A DNA stretch of 64,000 bases from Trichosphaerium sp. ATCC 40318 (Eukaryota; Protista; Tubulinea). A program made the translations under genes and the position numbers. Where the stretch lies: NCBI GenBank assembly GCA_038496445.1, contig JALMLS010000150.1, positions 62,001 through 126,000 of the forward strand, read 5' to 3'. This document shows positions 1-11,538 of the stretch, one piece after another. The notes below the pieces were generated by a model. That model was not told where the DNA came from and did not search any database. It saw only the letters and a list, made by a program, of their open reading frames with translations. Each line of letters opens with the position of its first letter. Within the stretch, counting starts at the first letter, position 1.

Positions 1-2787
1 AAGGGGAGACGGTGCGTATAAACAAACTGTGTAAACTAACTGAACACATAGATCTTACAAGCAAAGGGTCTTCAAGCCAATCAGCGAAGAATGCCTCTGG
101 TGCTAAATCAGTACGCGAATAATATCAATTTAGCCTCTGCTATGAGCGCTAGCGCTCTACTAACATCACTGGACTAACTCTTTTCAAGCCCGCACCAAAG
201 AAGCGAAAAGATGTATCAAAAGAAGTGCCAGAACCCGAACCATATGTATTAGACTACCAAGCTTTCCGTGATAAGCTATACACTCTTTGGAGTAAACCTC
301 TTGAAAAAATGCCTGTAAACAAGGATCTTTCGCGATTGAGCAAAGAAATACAAATATTTGATGTTGTTAATCAACGGATGGTACATTATATTGTTTTTGG
401 TCGCTCTGGAAGGGCTGCAACTACTTCTTTTTTGAGTTCGTTATTATTTGGTGTTTTAACGCTATGTTTAGGACTACAGGGACACTCCTAATATATCACA
501 AGGTGAAAGAGCTTGTAACGTTATGCTTTCTCTGGCAAGAGTGCTTGATGGTCCAGAGGTGGAAGCTAAAGTGGATGCCCTATTGAAGGAGTTTGTGGCT
601 CATAAAGTAAGGCTTCTTTTTATTTAATTTTGATATTTTTGGCATTGTTTTTACTAAAAATCACGTTTTTGAATTAAAATCACGTGTTATTTGAGAACAA
701 AAAGGGGTTGCCTATTTTTTTTTTTGTGATTTTCGCTTTTGTGTCCTCCAATTTCTTGTTGTTTTATCTCTCAATTGTGTTATACTAAAATTAATAGGAT
801 GGAGACGTTGGAGAACAGCTAAGAGGAGTTTTAGCGCGTGTTGACGACGACTGGAATTTTCTTCCTATATTACGGTGTATTAACCAAGAGATTATATCTC
901 CAGGTGTCATGGAGTTGCGTAAGGGCATATACGGTACCTTTCCGTACAAAGACATCAAGGCAAGCAAATACAATCGATTCTATTATTCGTGAACTAGCGG
1001 ATAATTCCACTAATTTTATTTTCCGCTAACATCATTTGATAGGGATCTTGGCGCGTCTTGATAAACGTACACTCATCTTACGTCACCGTGATACATAAGA
1101 AAGGGGTAAGCATAATTAAAAGACTTCGTAGTGTCTACTAGTAGACATTGTCTGGGTAAATGGATCTTGTTCTAACAGTATGCAGGAGCGATCACATGAA
1201 GAAGGTCTATTTTCTCTCTCTTGGCGCTTTGAAATCAAATTTGACTGGCCAAAATCAAGATGGTCTGATAACAATGGCATGCCTTTCAACGCTGCTGTTA
1301 CTATAACCGATTATAATATCGCAGAAGGGACCACAGAAGAGCGCTCTATATCCACCAGGCCATTTCCTCGTTTTTATTTTATTTTTCTTAAAGTTTTGGT
1401 GTTAAGCCAAAGCGCTATTCTTATTGTTGCTCCTTAATATTGCAAAAATGAAATCACTCAAACGTTATCAAAATTCTTCTCTCCTGAGATAGAGTTCTAT
1501 AGACTATGGAAAAGACCTCTTACTGACCTTCCTGTTCATGAAGATTTAGCGCTTTTAGGTCCACAAGAAATCACGTGTTTTTTTTTCAATAAAAATTTTA
1601 GCTAATAGCTTTATCTCTTAGGCACTAAACTACGAATCTTCGATGGCTCCAAAGGAAACACACTCTATAGAAAGACTATAGGAGATACCAGAGGTAACAA
1701 AATTGATCTACTTGTACTTTATACTAACTCAGTTGTTTTACACTTTAGCTAGCTCTGCCTTGATAAAAGATGTTTTAGTTTTTCTATCAAGTCGATTGGG
1801 ACCACCTGAAACAGTTCCAATAGTACAGAAAGTACTGGAAAACTCTCTTACTCCAAGCACAAAGGATGGCGAAATGTGTCAAGTATTGAACACTTGCTTG
1901 CTTGAGTTACAACAACAATTGAAAGCGAATGGTATCATTAATCCACCTGTACTTCGTATAGTCAAAACATTCAACCACCACGTCATTGAACCATCTGCAC
2001 TTGTGTTGAGGGAAGCTATTTACGAGAAGTTACCGTACAAGGAAGTAAAAGGCAGTTGGTTCTTGTACTTGATGCTGGATCATCCATATGACGAAAACGG
2101 CTTGGTACGCTATAGACTATTTTTTCTTTTATTTTTTTAACACCGACTAGTCACGTGATGCTTTGACGCTCACCCACAGAAAGCGGGAACAAGCCATTAG
2201 TACTAATCCAGGAGACTACTTTCAATTCGAGTGGGTGGTACGTGATATTCTTTTTCGTCACATAAAAGTTTTCAAAAAAATCAGTTTGTTTTTAACTTCT
2301 TATGTTAGGTCACATTCAAGTTCAATCGCGATTACGATGGCTTCGATTTGGTGAATACTAGCATTGTAGACTATGTATTCCACGAATACACATCGCCTGA
2401 GACACGTTTATTGGTAAGCTTTACTCAACAGTAAATATAAAAAATTGACTTAATATCGTATAGGTTAAGGAGACCCTAGATCCTTTCTTCCGTGCTGGTT
2501 CTACTGAGTACACAAAAACTACAATGCAAGTAGATGAACTAATCAATTGCTGTATTAACCGCCTTCTTGCATGTTCACCTTCTATCCAGGCAAGTACCAA
2601 AAGCTATTTTATAGTAAGCATTTTTGATTACATTGCTGACTGTTTGTAGACTTATCATCCCAATATGTCTCATAGTTTACCACTTGCAGAACTTTTAATA
2701 TCTTTATCGTCATCACTAAAAAAAGATGGTGCTCAATGGTCTCTACCTCCTGTGATCACGCTAGATGGCAACCAAAGCGAGTTGTAA
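1..2787 (+). CDS. 5'-truncated multi-exon protein with two tandem copies of an amoebozoan GlfB-like C-terminal domain
   Basis: Spliced reading gives two similar segments: ILRCINQEIISPGVMELRKGIYGTFPYKDIK...WRFEIKFDW (~865-1250) and VLRIVKTFNHHVIEPSALVLREAIYEKLPYKEVKGSW...FQFEWV (~1950-2240). Stop TAA at ~2785-2787. Family assignment is from memory of Dictyostelium GlfB-like proteins. Confidence 0.5.
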
Positions 2788-3191
2788 AAAAAAAACACCC
2801 TAAAACTACAGACACCTGAAAAGAACTAAAAATTATTCCTTGTTGTAGATCCCGTCCGACGTTCTTTTTGTCACTCCTCACTTAGAAGTATTGTAGCTAA
2901 CATATTTTAACCTCCCGCCTTAATAATAGTAGTTGGGGTTACTGTAAAGGCCGAATAAAATGGTTGTACAATGTAGGTGAATCAGAGGGTTTTTACATGC
3001 TTAATATTAATGTAGCTTCATTACTGTGAGCGTATAGTTAACAGTGCGGCTAAGTAATATTGGTCTAACTACAGTACATGTCAACCAATGTGTAGGCACG
3101 GAAATGGTCAAGGCTACGAGTAATGACAAACTAAAAAAAATGAACAAAACTAACTACAAAATGGAATTAACGGATAAGTTTATTGGTACTA

Positions 3192-4283
3192 CTAGGTCTT
3201 AATCTTGATGGCACCAGTACATGCTGAAGGTGTTATAAAGTGACTATCATCAACAGGACCACTTTTAAAATTTGTGAATAACACGCTAACTCCTTGAGGT
3301 AAACTGATACCAACCAATGTAGTATCTAAAATACACAATGAGTTATGAAGGGAGTTGTATGTATGTTTATTACTTTGTGCTACTGAGTAGTAATAAGTGG
3401 CAGGCGAGCCAGAAGATGTTAAATCCCAAGCGTTTGCGGTCTTGCCACAGAATACTTGTACACCAGCATAGCTGAAATGAGAATATTGTTAGTTATGCAA
3501 CATGACATTGTAGTAAGTATTAATTGTTTGTACTTTGCTGATTCTGGTTGGAATGGAGCAAGATAATCCGTCGCATTACATGTTTGTTTAGAGCATGGGT
3601 CGCATTTTCCTAAAAAAGTACAATTTGTTACAGATGAATAACGATACGCTTCGTACCTAATCCCACAGGGCAATTAGTAATGTAATTGGTACCATCCGTA
3701 TTGCAAATAGTTTGATACAAACTCCAAGTGCCATCTGCTTGATTAAGCACAGTCTAACATAAAGAAATATTAGTACAAAGCAAGCACAATAAAAAACCAT
3801 GGTAATATAAAGGGGTTTGCACTACTTTTCGGTAAATGATTGACTAAAAAATGAACTGTTCCTCGGCCGACTTTTGCAAAAATCCTGATCCTGATTTCTT
3901 AGAAAATATAGCATGGCCAAAATATCGCGTAAAGTAGTGCAAACCCCAGTACTACAACCGTGACTTTTAAAAATAATGTCCGAAACGCCAAAAAAACCCC
4001 ACGTGATTTTGAGGTAGATTGTTTTTGAAAACGAACAGTTTACAGACGCACCGAGTTGAAGGCGGTTCGCATGCTTTTTAGATCAACGACCAATGTTCCA
4101 CTGTTTTTTAGCAACTTTTCCTCAAACTGCTGATAGTCTGTAACAAACTGATCTGGTAGCTACACAACGTTCATTAGCTTAATTTTGCGAAAAATCGAAG
4201 TACGCCAGGAAAGTCTTCAAGAGGTTTTAAGCCTAAGATACAGTAAAGAAGATGGATAGAATCAGTATAACGATGCGTGGCAT
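3192..4283 (-). CDS. Secreted ependymin-related (EPDR/LolA-fold-like) protein with an apparent 1-bp frameshift in exon 1
   Basis: Signal peptide MPRIVILILSIFFTVS, then LPDQFVTDY..., a Cys-rich middle, and C-terminus FTNFKSGPVDDSHFITPSAC resembling the EPDR 'D.SVF..P..C' end. Exons joined at GT-AG introns. Exon 1 hits TAG unless one base is inserted near 4234. Confidence 0.5.
3812..3947. mobile_element. MITE-like element (136 bp) with perfect 17-bp terminal inverted repeats, inside an intron
   Basis: GGGGTTTGCACTACTTT at 3812-3828 and its exact reverse complement AAAGTAGTGCAAACCCC at 3931-3947. No clear target-site duplication. Confidence 0.6.
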
Positions 4284-5079
4284 AGTAGGTAGACTATTCC
4301 AAAATCTTAGCATCACGTAGTTCTTTGAAAGCCTAAAAAGATAGGATGAACTTCACCTACGTCACAGCGGAGTTTCCTACTCACACAACTTAACTTGAAT
4401 GCTGATAGCTTGGCTCTACACAAAATAGATCATCTGGTATGCATTCAATCCGTTCCTAGATGCTGCAAGGAGTTTGGCAAGTCAGTTTTGGGAACATCTT
4501 TGTGAACGCATGTAAAGTTCTTTACCATTTTCCAAATAATCTCAGCGAGAACAAAGCTCAAGAAATAGTAATCATTCTGTAACATGTGAGAATCCACGCT
4601 TCACATTTCGGTAACCGCCGCGGGTATGTTAACTGCTCGCATATTCAGACACAATCTTAGATTTGAGCCTTTGAGCCCCTCCTTTTTTTTTTTCATAAGT
4701 TTGAGCAGTAGTTGATGTTTCATACTGGTAACCAAGGAGTTATGTAATTGAAGGGTTTATTGTTATATACAAATCGCCATTAAGGGAGGGTTAAGCTATC
4801 CAAGCCATACTAAAGCTTCTACAGATTCTTTTGAAATATTACTACTATATGCCTTGGTCGTTTTAAGGGAAGTCATGTGATACAAATCGTGGGTAATTTG
4901 AGAACCAGAACCAGTATTTTCAAAGTTTCACAAATATGACTCATATCACAATACAAACATCTGACGCTTGACATATTTTACCCTCAAACGTAATTCACAT
5001 GAATTGCTCAAGTTAAACAAAAATAGAAGTATACAGTTAAAATGTACTTTATTGGGTTTACACAGAATTAAATAAGCAA

Positions 5080-6487
5080 TTATACTGGTGGATCAGTTGG
5101 TGGTGCAAATGGCTCATTTGTTGGTGGATGAGTTGGAGCTGCTGTTGGATATGCTGTTGGATTCGCTGTTGGTGGATGAGTTGGCGGAGCAAATGGCTCA
5201 TATGTTGGTGGATGAGTTGGCGTTGCTGTTGGATATGCTGTTGGCTCATATGTTGGTGGATGAGTTGGCGGAGCAAATGGCTCATTTGTTGGTGGATGAG
5301 TTGGCGTTGCTGTTGGATATGCTGTTGGCTCATATGTTGGTGGATGAGTTGGCGGAGCAAATGGCTCATATGTTGGTGGATGAGTTGGGGCTGCTGTTGG
5401 ATATGCTGTTGGATTCGCTGTTGGTGGATGAGTTGGCGGAGCAAATGGCTCATTTGTTGGTGGATGAGTTGGCGTTGCTGTTGGATATGCTGTTGGCTCA
5501 TATGTTGGTGGATGAGTTGGAGCTGCTGTTGGATATGCTGTTGGATTCATTGTTGGTGGATGAGTTGGGGCTGCTGTTGGATATGCTGTTGGCTCATATG
5601 TTGGTGGATGAGTTGGCGGAGCAAATGGCTCATTTGTTGGTGGATGAGTTGGCGTTGCTGTTGGATATGCTGTTGGCTCATATGTTGGTGGATGAGTTGG
5701 AGCTGCTGTTGGATATGCTGTTGGATTCGCTGTTGGTGGATGAGTTGGCGGAGCAAATGGCTCATATGTTGGTGGATGAGTTGGGGCTGCTGTTGGATAT
5801 GCTGTTGGATTCGTTGTTGGTGGATGAGTTGGAGTTGCTGTTGGATATGCTGTTGGCTCATATGTTGGTGGATGAGTTGGCGGAGCAAATGGCTCATTTG
5901 TTGGTGGATGAGTTGGCGTTGCTGTTGGATATGCTGTTGGCTCGTATGTTGGCAGAGGATCATTACAAATACCACGTCTTCTAAGAGAAGGTTCGGCACA
6001 TCTCTCTGTCGCCCATTGACCTGCTGGTCTGAAACTTGTAGAGCTCGAAATACTATTACAGTCTCTTACAGCAGCGTTGTTGTTGTTTGAAGCAAAATTG
6101 GTGTATGTGAATGGCGTTCCATCTCTCCAAGTGTAAGTACCTATTTTGTTGTAAGAAATAATGTAAAGAAAACAAATAAAGTATGTGTACCTTCGTTTGC
6201 GGCATCAGTACCGCCTATCCAACATAATAAATATCCAGTTGTATCACATGCTGCTACGACAGCTGCGTTCTCAGTGGCATCTGTAATTTTAGCAAGGTCA
6301 GATCCATACATCGACTGACAAGCTAGCTGAGCATCTTCTGCTGTCAGATCGTTTGGTAAAGCAATATAGGCATGTACAACGCCAAATAGCAGTGTTATGT
6401 GAAGCATCTAATAGAGTATTAGCAAAAAAAGAGGTTGTGGTTGTGGCGAAAGAAAGTGACTCCAAAACAAAGAGCTTAACGTACCAT
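5080..6487 (-). CDS. Secreted C-type lectin domain protein with long Pro/Thr-rich repeat tail (paralog 1)
   Basis: ATG-only exon at 6485-6487; signal peptide [14 protein letters not shown]; CTL motifs [35 protein letters not shown]; tail of PTHPPT(Y/N)EP(T/F)A repeats ending PPTDPPV*. Confidence 0.85.
5083..5952 (-). repeat. Coding minisatellite ([15 protein letters not shown] / [12 protein letters not shown] units)
   Basis: Tandem gttggtggatgagttgg-containing units of ~36-48 bp. Confidence 0.9.
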
Positions 6488-9400
6488 AGTTATATCTATC
6501 ATATTGTATAAAAGGTTTTTTGATGAGTTGCTTTGTATCCTGTTGGGACAATGAATTTATGAAGGATGGTTCGTCTTAAACAAAATAATTCTCTGAATAA
6601 AAATCCCTTTTCTTCACTTTTAAAGTTAATATAAGCTGCAGCGATGTACGCTAAGTTAATTTTATGATTTGTTCATTTCATCGGTGTTTCTTCGGATTAA
6701 CTTTTTGGATTGCGTCACCCACGAAAACTCTCGAAGCACGTGATATCTCGAGTATTATTATGACACAACGTGCTCTCCAAAGCTTTCGGAGTTCTAGCAT
6801 TGTTTGTGAAGTCTCGTTATTGAATCAGTGTATTGTTTGTATCATTCAAGTTTGCCACAGGTGGCAGAAGTATCAAAAGTGTAAGATCTGGCAAGAACTA
6901 ACAGATCTGCAACCGACAGTAACAGGATAGCAAGCAGAAATCACCGCACCCACAATCCATGGTTGTATAACAAATATCCCAGTAACTTTTTCTTAAACTC
7001 ACATACGTGGTGTCAAAACACTTCCAGTACCTCCACCCAAATTTTTTCATTTTTGTTTGAAAAAAAACAATTTATTTGACTTGGCGATAAATACCACACG
7101 CTCACTCGCGCTTGACCTATCTGTCAGGGACAGGTGTGTTCCTTTCCTCCCAAAAGATCGTCTCGCTGACTTGGTTTGGTTGATAGAGGGAGTGGTCTAA
7201 CGCCATGTAAACGTACTAAAAATGTAAAATAAAATAAATAAATGGTTTAAAATCACGTGCTAAGACAAGACTGGAATTTTAAGACGAAAGTACATTTACA
7301 AACAACTTTAACTTTGACTTGCAATTAATGACCTATTTTCACAACGGCTATGCCGGATTCCGTAAAACTATAGCATTGTTGCACATGGTATGTATACATT
7401 GAAAGAAGAGCCAGGAGTTGATTGCTAGGCATGTAAGCTTAAAAGGATCCTTTGTTGGTCAGTCCAGCGTTTGGTGTTTTGAAATTATTTGCAGTTTTTT
7501 CAGAAATAAATAAATTCGTGAAACCTGAACAAATATGAAAAAGAAACTGCATGTAGGCTAAACGGTTGTTGTAGAGAGAATTTTATTAAACAGTTCCACT
7601 CCTTGTATACACGCACACATGTGTGGAAGTCATGTTTTAACTGTTTTTATTGCCTTTGAACGTCAAAAAAAAATCAAGCTGCCGTTTTATGGTTTGTCTT
7701 TAAGATTTCGCCTAAACATCCCATCCCAATTTTGTTTTGTACTACAAAAAGTTATTAACGCACTTTATGAGGTAAGTACGGAGAAATTCAGGCCTAGTGA
7801 ACCAGTTTTAAACTCAAATTAACAAATACCAAAAACAGTGCTCAAACCGCTCAAAAATCATGCCTATGCAAGGACAGGCGTTTGAGGTTTGAGTACAATG
7901 AACTCATGGAGATATTGCAAGATAATTTTGAACGCTCTACTTGTAACTGATATGACGACATATATTAGATAATGTACAAAAATAAATTCACGTTTTTGTT
8001 TGCTGCTAAGGACTTAGTCAGCGTCCTATTTTTTCCGGGTAAAAATCAAAAATTTCAGTACAAAACAATAAGTTTCTCCCTTCAAACATAAGTAAGATAT
8101 TCCGAATTCTAGTATAAGGAATACACGATATTAGGCACGCGTTATAGGTACTCAGATATGCTGTTACTTGTTAGCTTACACGCATTTCTCACTATTTTTG
8201 CCTCTGATATTGTAAAACACTTTTGGGAAACTAGAGCACGCTTTCATCTCGCACTACTTACACGCCATCTACTAGACATATTTTACTTATAGCACCTCTC
8301 ATAAGAAATGTACAAGTCATGTTTGGAGTTTACAGAGGGTTGATTTGGTATTTTTTTATGTAACGTTGTTTTTAATTTTGCTTTTCTATCTTTCCATTGT
8401 AACTTTTTTTTTGCAAATTTGGGATGCACAGGTTTTGTTACCAGTTGAGAACAAGTGCTGTTTCTCAGGTAGACTGAAAATTATTTCTATGTTTGATCTT
8501 TATCAAACTCTATTGCACTTATAGAATTAACATCGTACTCTTAGTCACCGTCACCCAAACGCAGATGGGTATACAGCTTAATATCAAAGGCTTGATGTAT
8601 TAACTATAACTCATTTATACTTTCATCGATGTTTTGTCAATGACTTCAGGTCAGACAAATCATGTTGGCACATCAGTTTTTTCAGTTTTTTTCCACAATC
8701 TATATTTTTCTGTAGGCCAACACCAGCGTATACCTATTGTGACATTAACAGTCCAACTTTAGAGTATTAATATGTTTGCTTTGAACTACAGCTTTATATA
8801 AAATTACATACCATATTATGATGTCAATATTGAGTTTAACTATCGCCACACAAACATACACAACAAGTAAGAATTGATGTGAAATGAGCATCTCCCATTA
8901 TTTAAATGCAATCTTATATAATGAGCGTCTACAACATAGTGTTGGTGCTTGTATACAAACATCAAGTAGCCTTTGGAATATAGGGATGGGGACTGAGAAT
9001 GTTCAAATGTAGAAGCAAATTGTGAATTTTTTGAGAAAGGATAGTCTCCGTTTACCACTCACGAAAAAAATTTGCACCACTTATACTACTATGATTTCCT
9101 TCCTCATTATACATGTAGTGCTGGTGATATGCAGCTGTAGCACAAACGCTTCTCTGAGCATAGAAATATACCACCTTTTACGCTGTACATGAGGATGCCA
9201 CAAGTGTAATAAACACAGTATTAACGCCTTTCCTGGATATATTCATTGCAAACGTCAACTTGCCCATTATCTCACTTGTCATGAATGATTTGTGCTGAAT
9301 TGGGACACATTTTGAATCATGGGATACAAACTTATGGAGTCAACTCCAAATACAACACAAAAACCTAAAAATGTGATCAACAATTTTGGTGACATCACAT

Positions 9401-10066
9401 TCTCAGAGTGTAAAACCTGAATGTTGCAGACTGGCTCACTATATTTCCTAATGACTCAGGTATAGCAAGAAATATAGCGCATATGTACATCTTTGATTTT
9501 GTGGCCCAGTTTTAATGCTAATGTTCACACCCGAATCTTAAATCACTGTTTACGGCTTTGTGAATTTTAACAAACAATTATTTGATACTCTCGACAACCT
9601 CTCCTCTGTGTTAAATTTCGTACACTAAGTGGTTGGCCCAAAAAGTTGCGACACTTTTTTTTTTCGGTGATTTGTTGAAAATTGTATGTTGAAATTATTT
9701 TTCTTTTTGTTCTCACTTCATGTCATAGGCAGCTTGAGTTCTGTTTTAGCCTGATTGTTCTTTAGCCGTGTAACGCCCAGCTATTTCGGTTGGAAATGTA
9801 ACGCTTGGCAATGCTAAAAGCTTGGAATTTTATGAAAACTACGAAAGTGCGTTTCGCGACCCCGTTTCTGTCGCAAATGTCTCTGCACACATTAATACGC
9901 ACTTTCAAAAGCGGAAAAAATAGGGCAGCCCGGAAAGAATAGGAACGTGACTAACTTGGAACTACATAATAAAATTCTCTCTAAATGACTGAATACTTAC
10001 AGTTCTGTTTGGTAAAAAAACTGTCAAAATGTACAGACTTTTATTGGGTTAATACAATTAATACGA

Positions 10067-10961
10067 TTATGCTGATGGTACCATAGGTGGTTGAGATGGT
10101 GGATATGTAGGTGGGGCTTGTGGAGCCTGACTAGGTGGTATACGAAACGCTGGTGGTACCATAGGTGGTTGAGATGGTGGATATGTAGGAGGTACTTGTG
10201 GAGCCTGACTAGGTGGTATACGGAACGCTGGTGGTACCATAGGTGGTTGTGATGGTGGGTATGTAGGAGGTACTTGTGGTGCTGTTGGCGCTTTTGTTGG
10301 AGATGCTGTTGGCGGTGCAAATGGTGGACTTGTTGGTGGTTGAGTTGGAGCTGCTGTTGGATTTGCTGTTGGAGCTACAGGCTGCACAACTGGAGCTACA
10401 CATATACCATATCTTTTAAGAGAAGGTTCAGCACATCTCTCTGTACCCCATGTGCCTGCTGGTCTGAAACTGTAGGTACCTGAGATACTGTTACAGTCTC
10501 TCACACCAGCGTTGTTGTTGTTTGAAGCGAAATTGGTGTATGTGAATGATGAACCATCTCTCCACACATAAGTTCCTACAAGCGATGATAAGGACTCAGA
10601 ACTACAAGAAAATAGTCGTTACCTTCAACTGCAATGTCGTTTCCACCAATCCAGCATAATGCCTGACTTTGTGTATCACATGCAGCTACCGCTCTTGTGT
10701 TTTCTTGTACTGTTGTGATTTTGGCGAGATCTGTACCATAAATACTTTGGCAAGCCAATTGAGCATCGTTTGCTGTCAATTTCTCTGACAATAGAACATA
10801 ATCAACTGGAGGATCATTACAAATACCAATTCGTTTTATGTTAGGCATGTACAACGCCAAAGAGCAATGTTATGTGGAGTATCTAACCGAGTATTAGCAA
10901 AAAAAGAGGTTGTGGTTGTGCGAAAGAAAGTGACTCCAAAACAAAGAGCTTGACGTACCAT
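10067..10961 (-). pseudogene. C-type lectin/Pro-rich paralog 2, first CTL domain deleted, stop immediately after signal peptide
   Basis: ATG exon at 10959-10961; exon 2 reads [16 protein letters not shown], then the end of domain A (KRIGICNDPP) in another frame. The second CTL domain and PPTYPPSQPPMVPPAFRIPPSQAPQ repeats are intact. Confidence 0.7.
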
Positions 10962-11538
10962 AGTTATATCTATCATGTTGTATAAAGGTTTTTTGATGAG
11001 TTGCTTTGTATCTTGTTGGAGTTAAAAGTTATCTCGTTCTTGCCACCTTGATTTTTCTCTGAAAAAGACTTTTGGATGATGATAAAAATCACGAAATCTC
11101 TCGTAACACGTGTTATCTCTAATATTTACTTTAGTACACGGAACTGAACATATCGAGTACATAGGCAGTCTCAACCCATCACCGTTCACTTATCTGCTGT
11201 TCTTTACCTCGTACATATTCATACTACTCATGGTTGTGCTATTTTTGTTAGCGTACAAGAGTCACATAGTAGGGTTGTTTTGCAAAATTGGTAGCTGTTG
11301 CTTTGATAGTCACTAAAAAATTGGTACCATGTGTAGTCACATATCATATTACCACAACAAGATCCACAGTCTTTTCTATTGTTAAACGTTTCAAAGTCTG
11401 ACTCATATCACAATACAAACATCTGACGCTTGACATCTTTTACCCTCAAACGTAATTCACATGAATTGCTCAAGTTAAACAAAAATAGAAGTATACAGTT
11501 AAAATGTACTTTATTGGGTTACAGAATTAAATATGCAA

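Larger units (their letters stand above)
4935..7570. repeat. Direct segmental duplication, copy 1 (partner ~11397-13880)
   Basis: Near-identical 3' flank (4935-5130 vs 11397-11590), CTL exons and promoter (6000-6810 vs 12660-13475), and upstream block (7266-7570 vs 13538-13880). Confidence 0.85.

Noticed and set aside
4220-4240. In-frame TAG/TAA suggesting a non-standard genetic code
   Set aside because: Read-through does not join the next exon in frame, and TAA, TAG and TGA all serve as normal stops elsewhere.
5083-5952. Regular repeats superficially like a CRISPR array
   Set aside because: No unique spacers, no cas genes, in-frame coding repeat in a eukaryotic gene.
5058-6090. Long ORFs 5088-5984 (+), 5128-6090 (+), 5058-5501 (-), 5547-5999 (-) with LLVDEL, CCW and QQH repeats
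   Set aside because: Alternative-frame and antisense shadows of the stop-free Pro-rich coding minisatellite.
7186-7206. tRNA D-loop-like GAGTGGTCTAA
   Set aside because: No T-loop GTTCRA or cloverleaf downstream.
7900-9900. Gene-poor stretch with short ORF fragments (e.g. 8840-9058)
   Set aside because: No consistent spliced frame or transposase/RT motif could be supported; possibly a decayed sequence.
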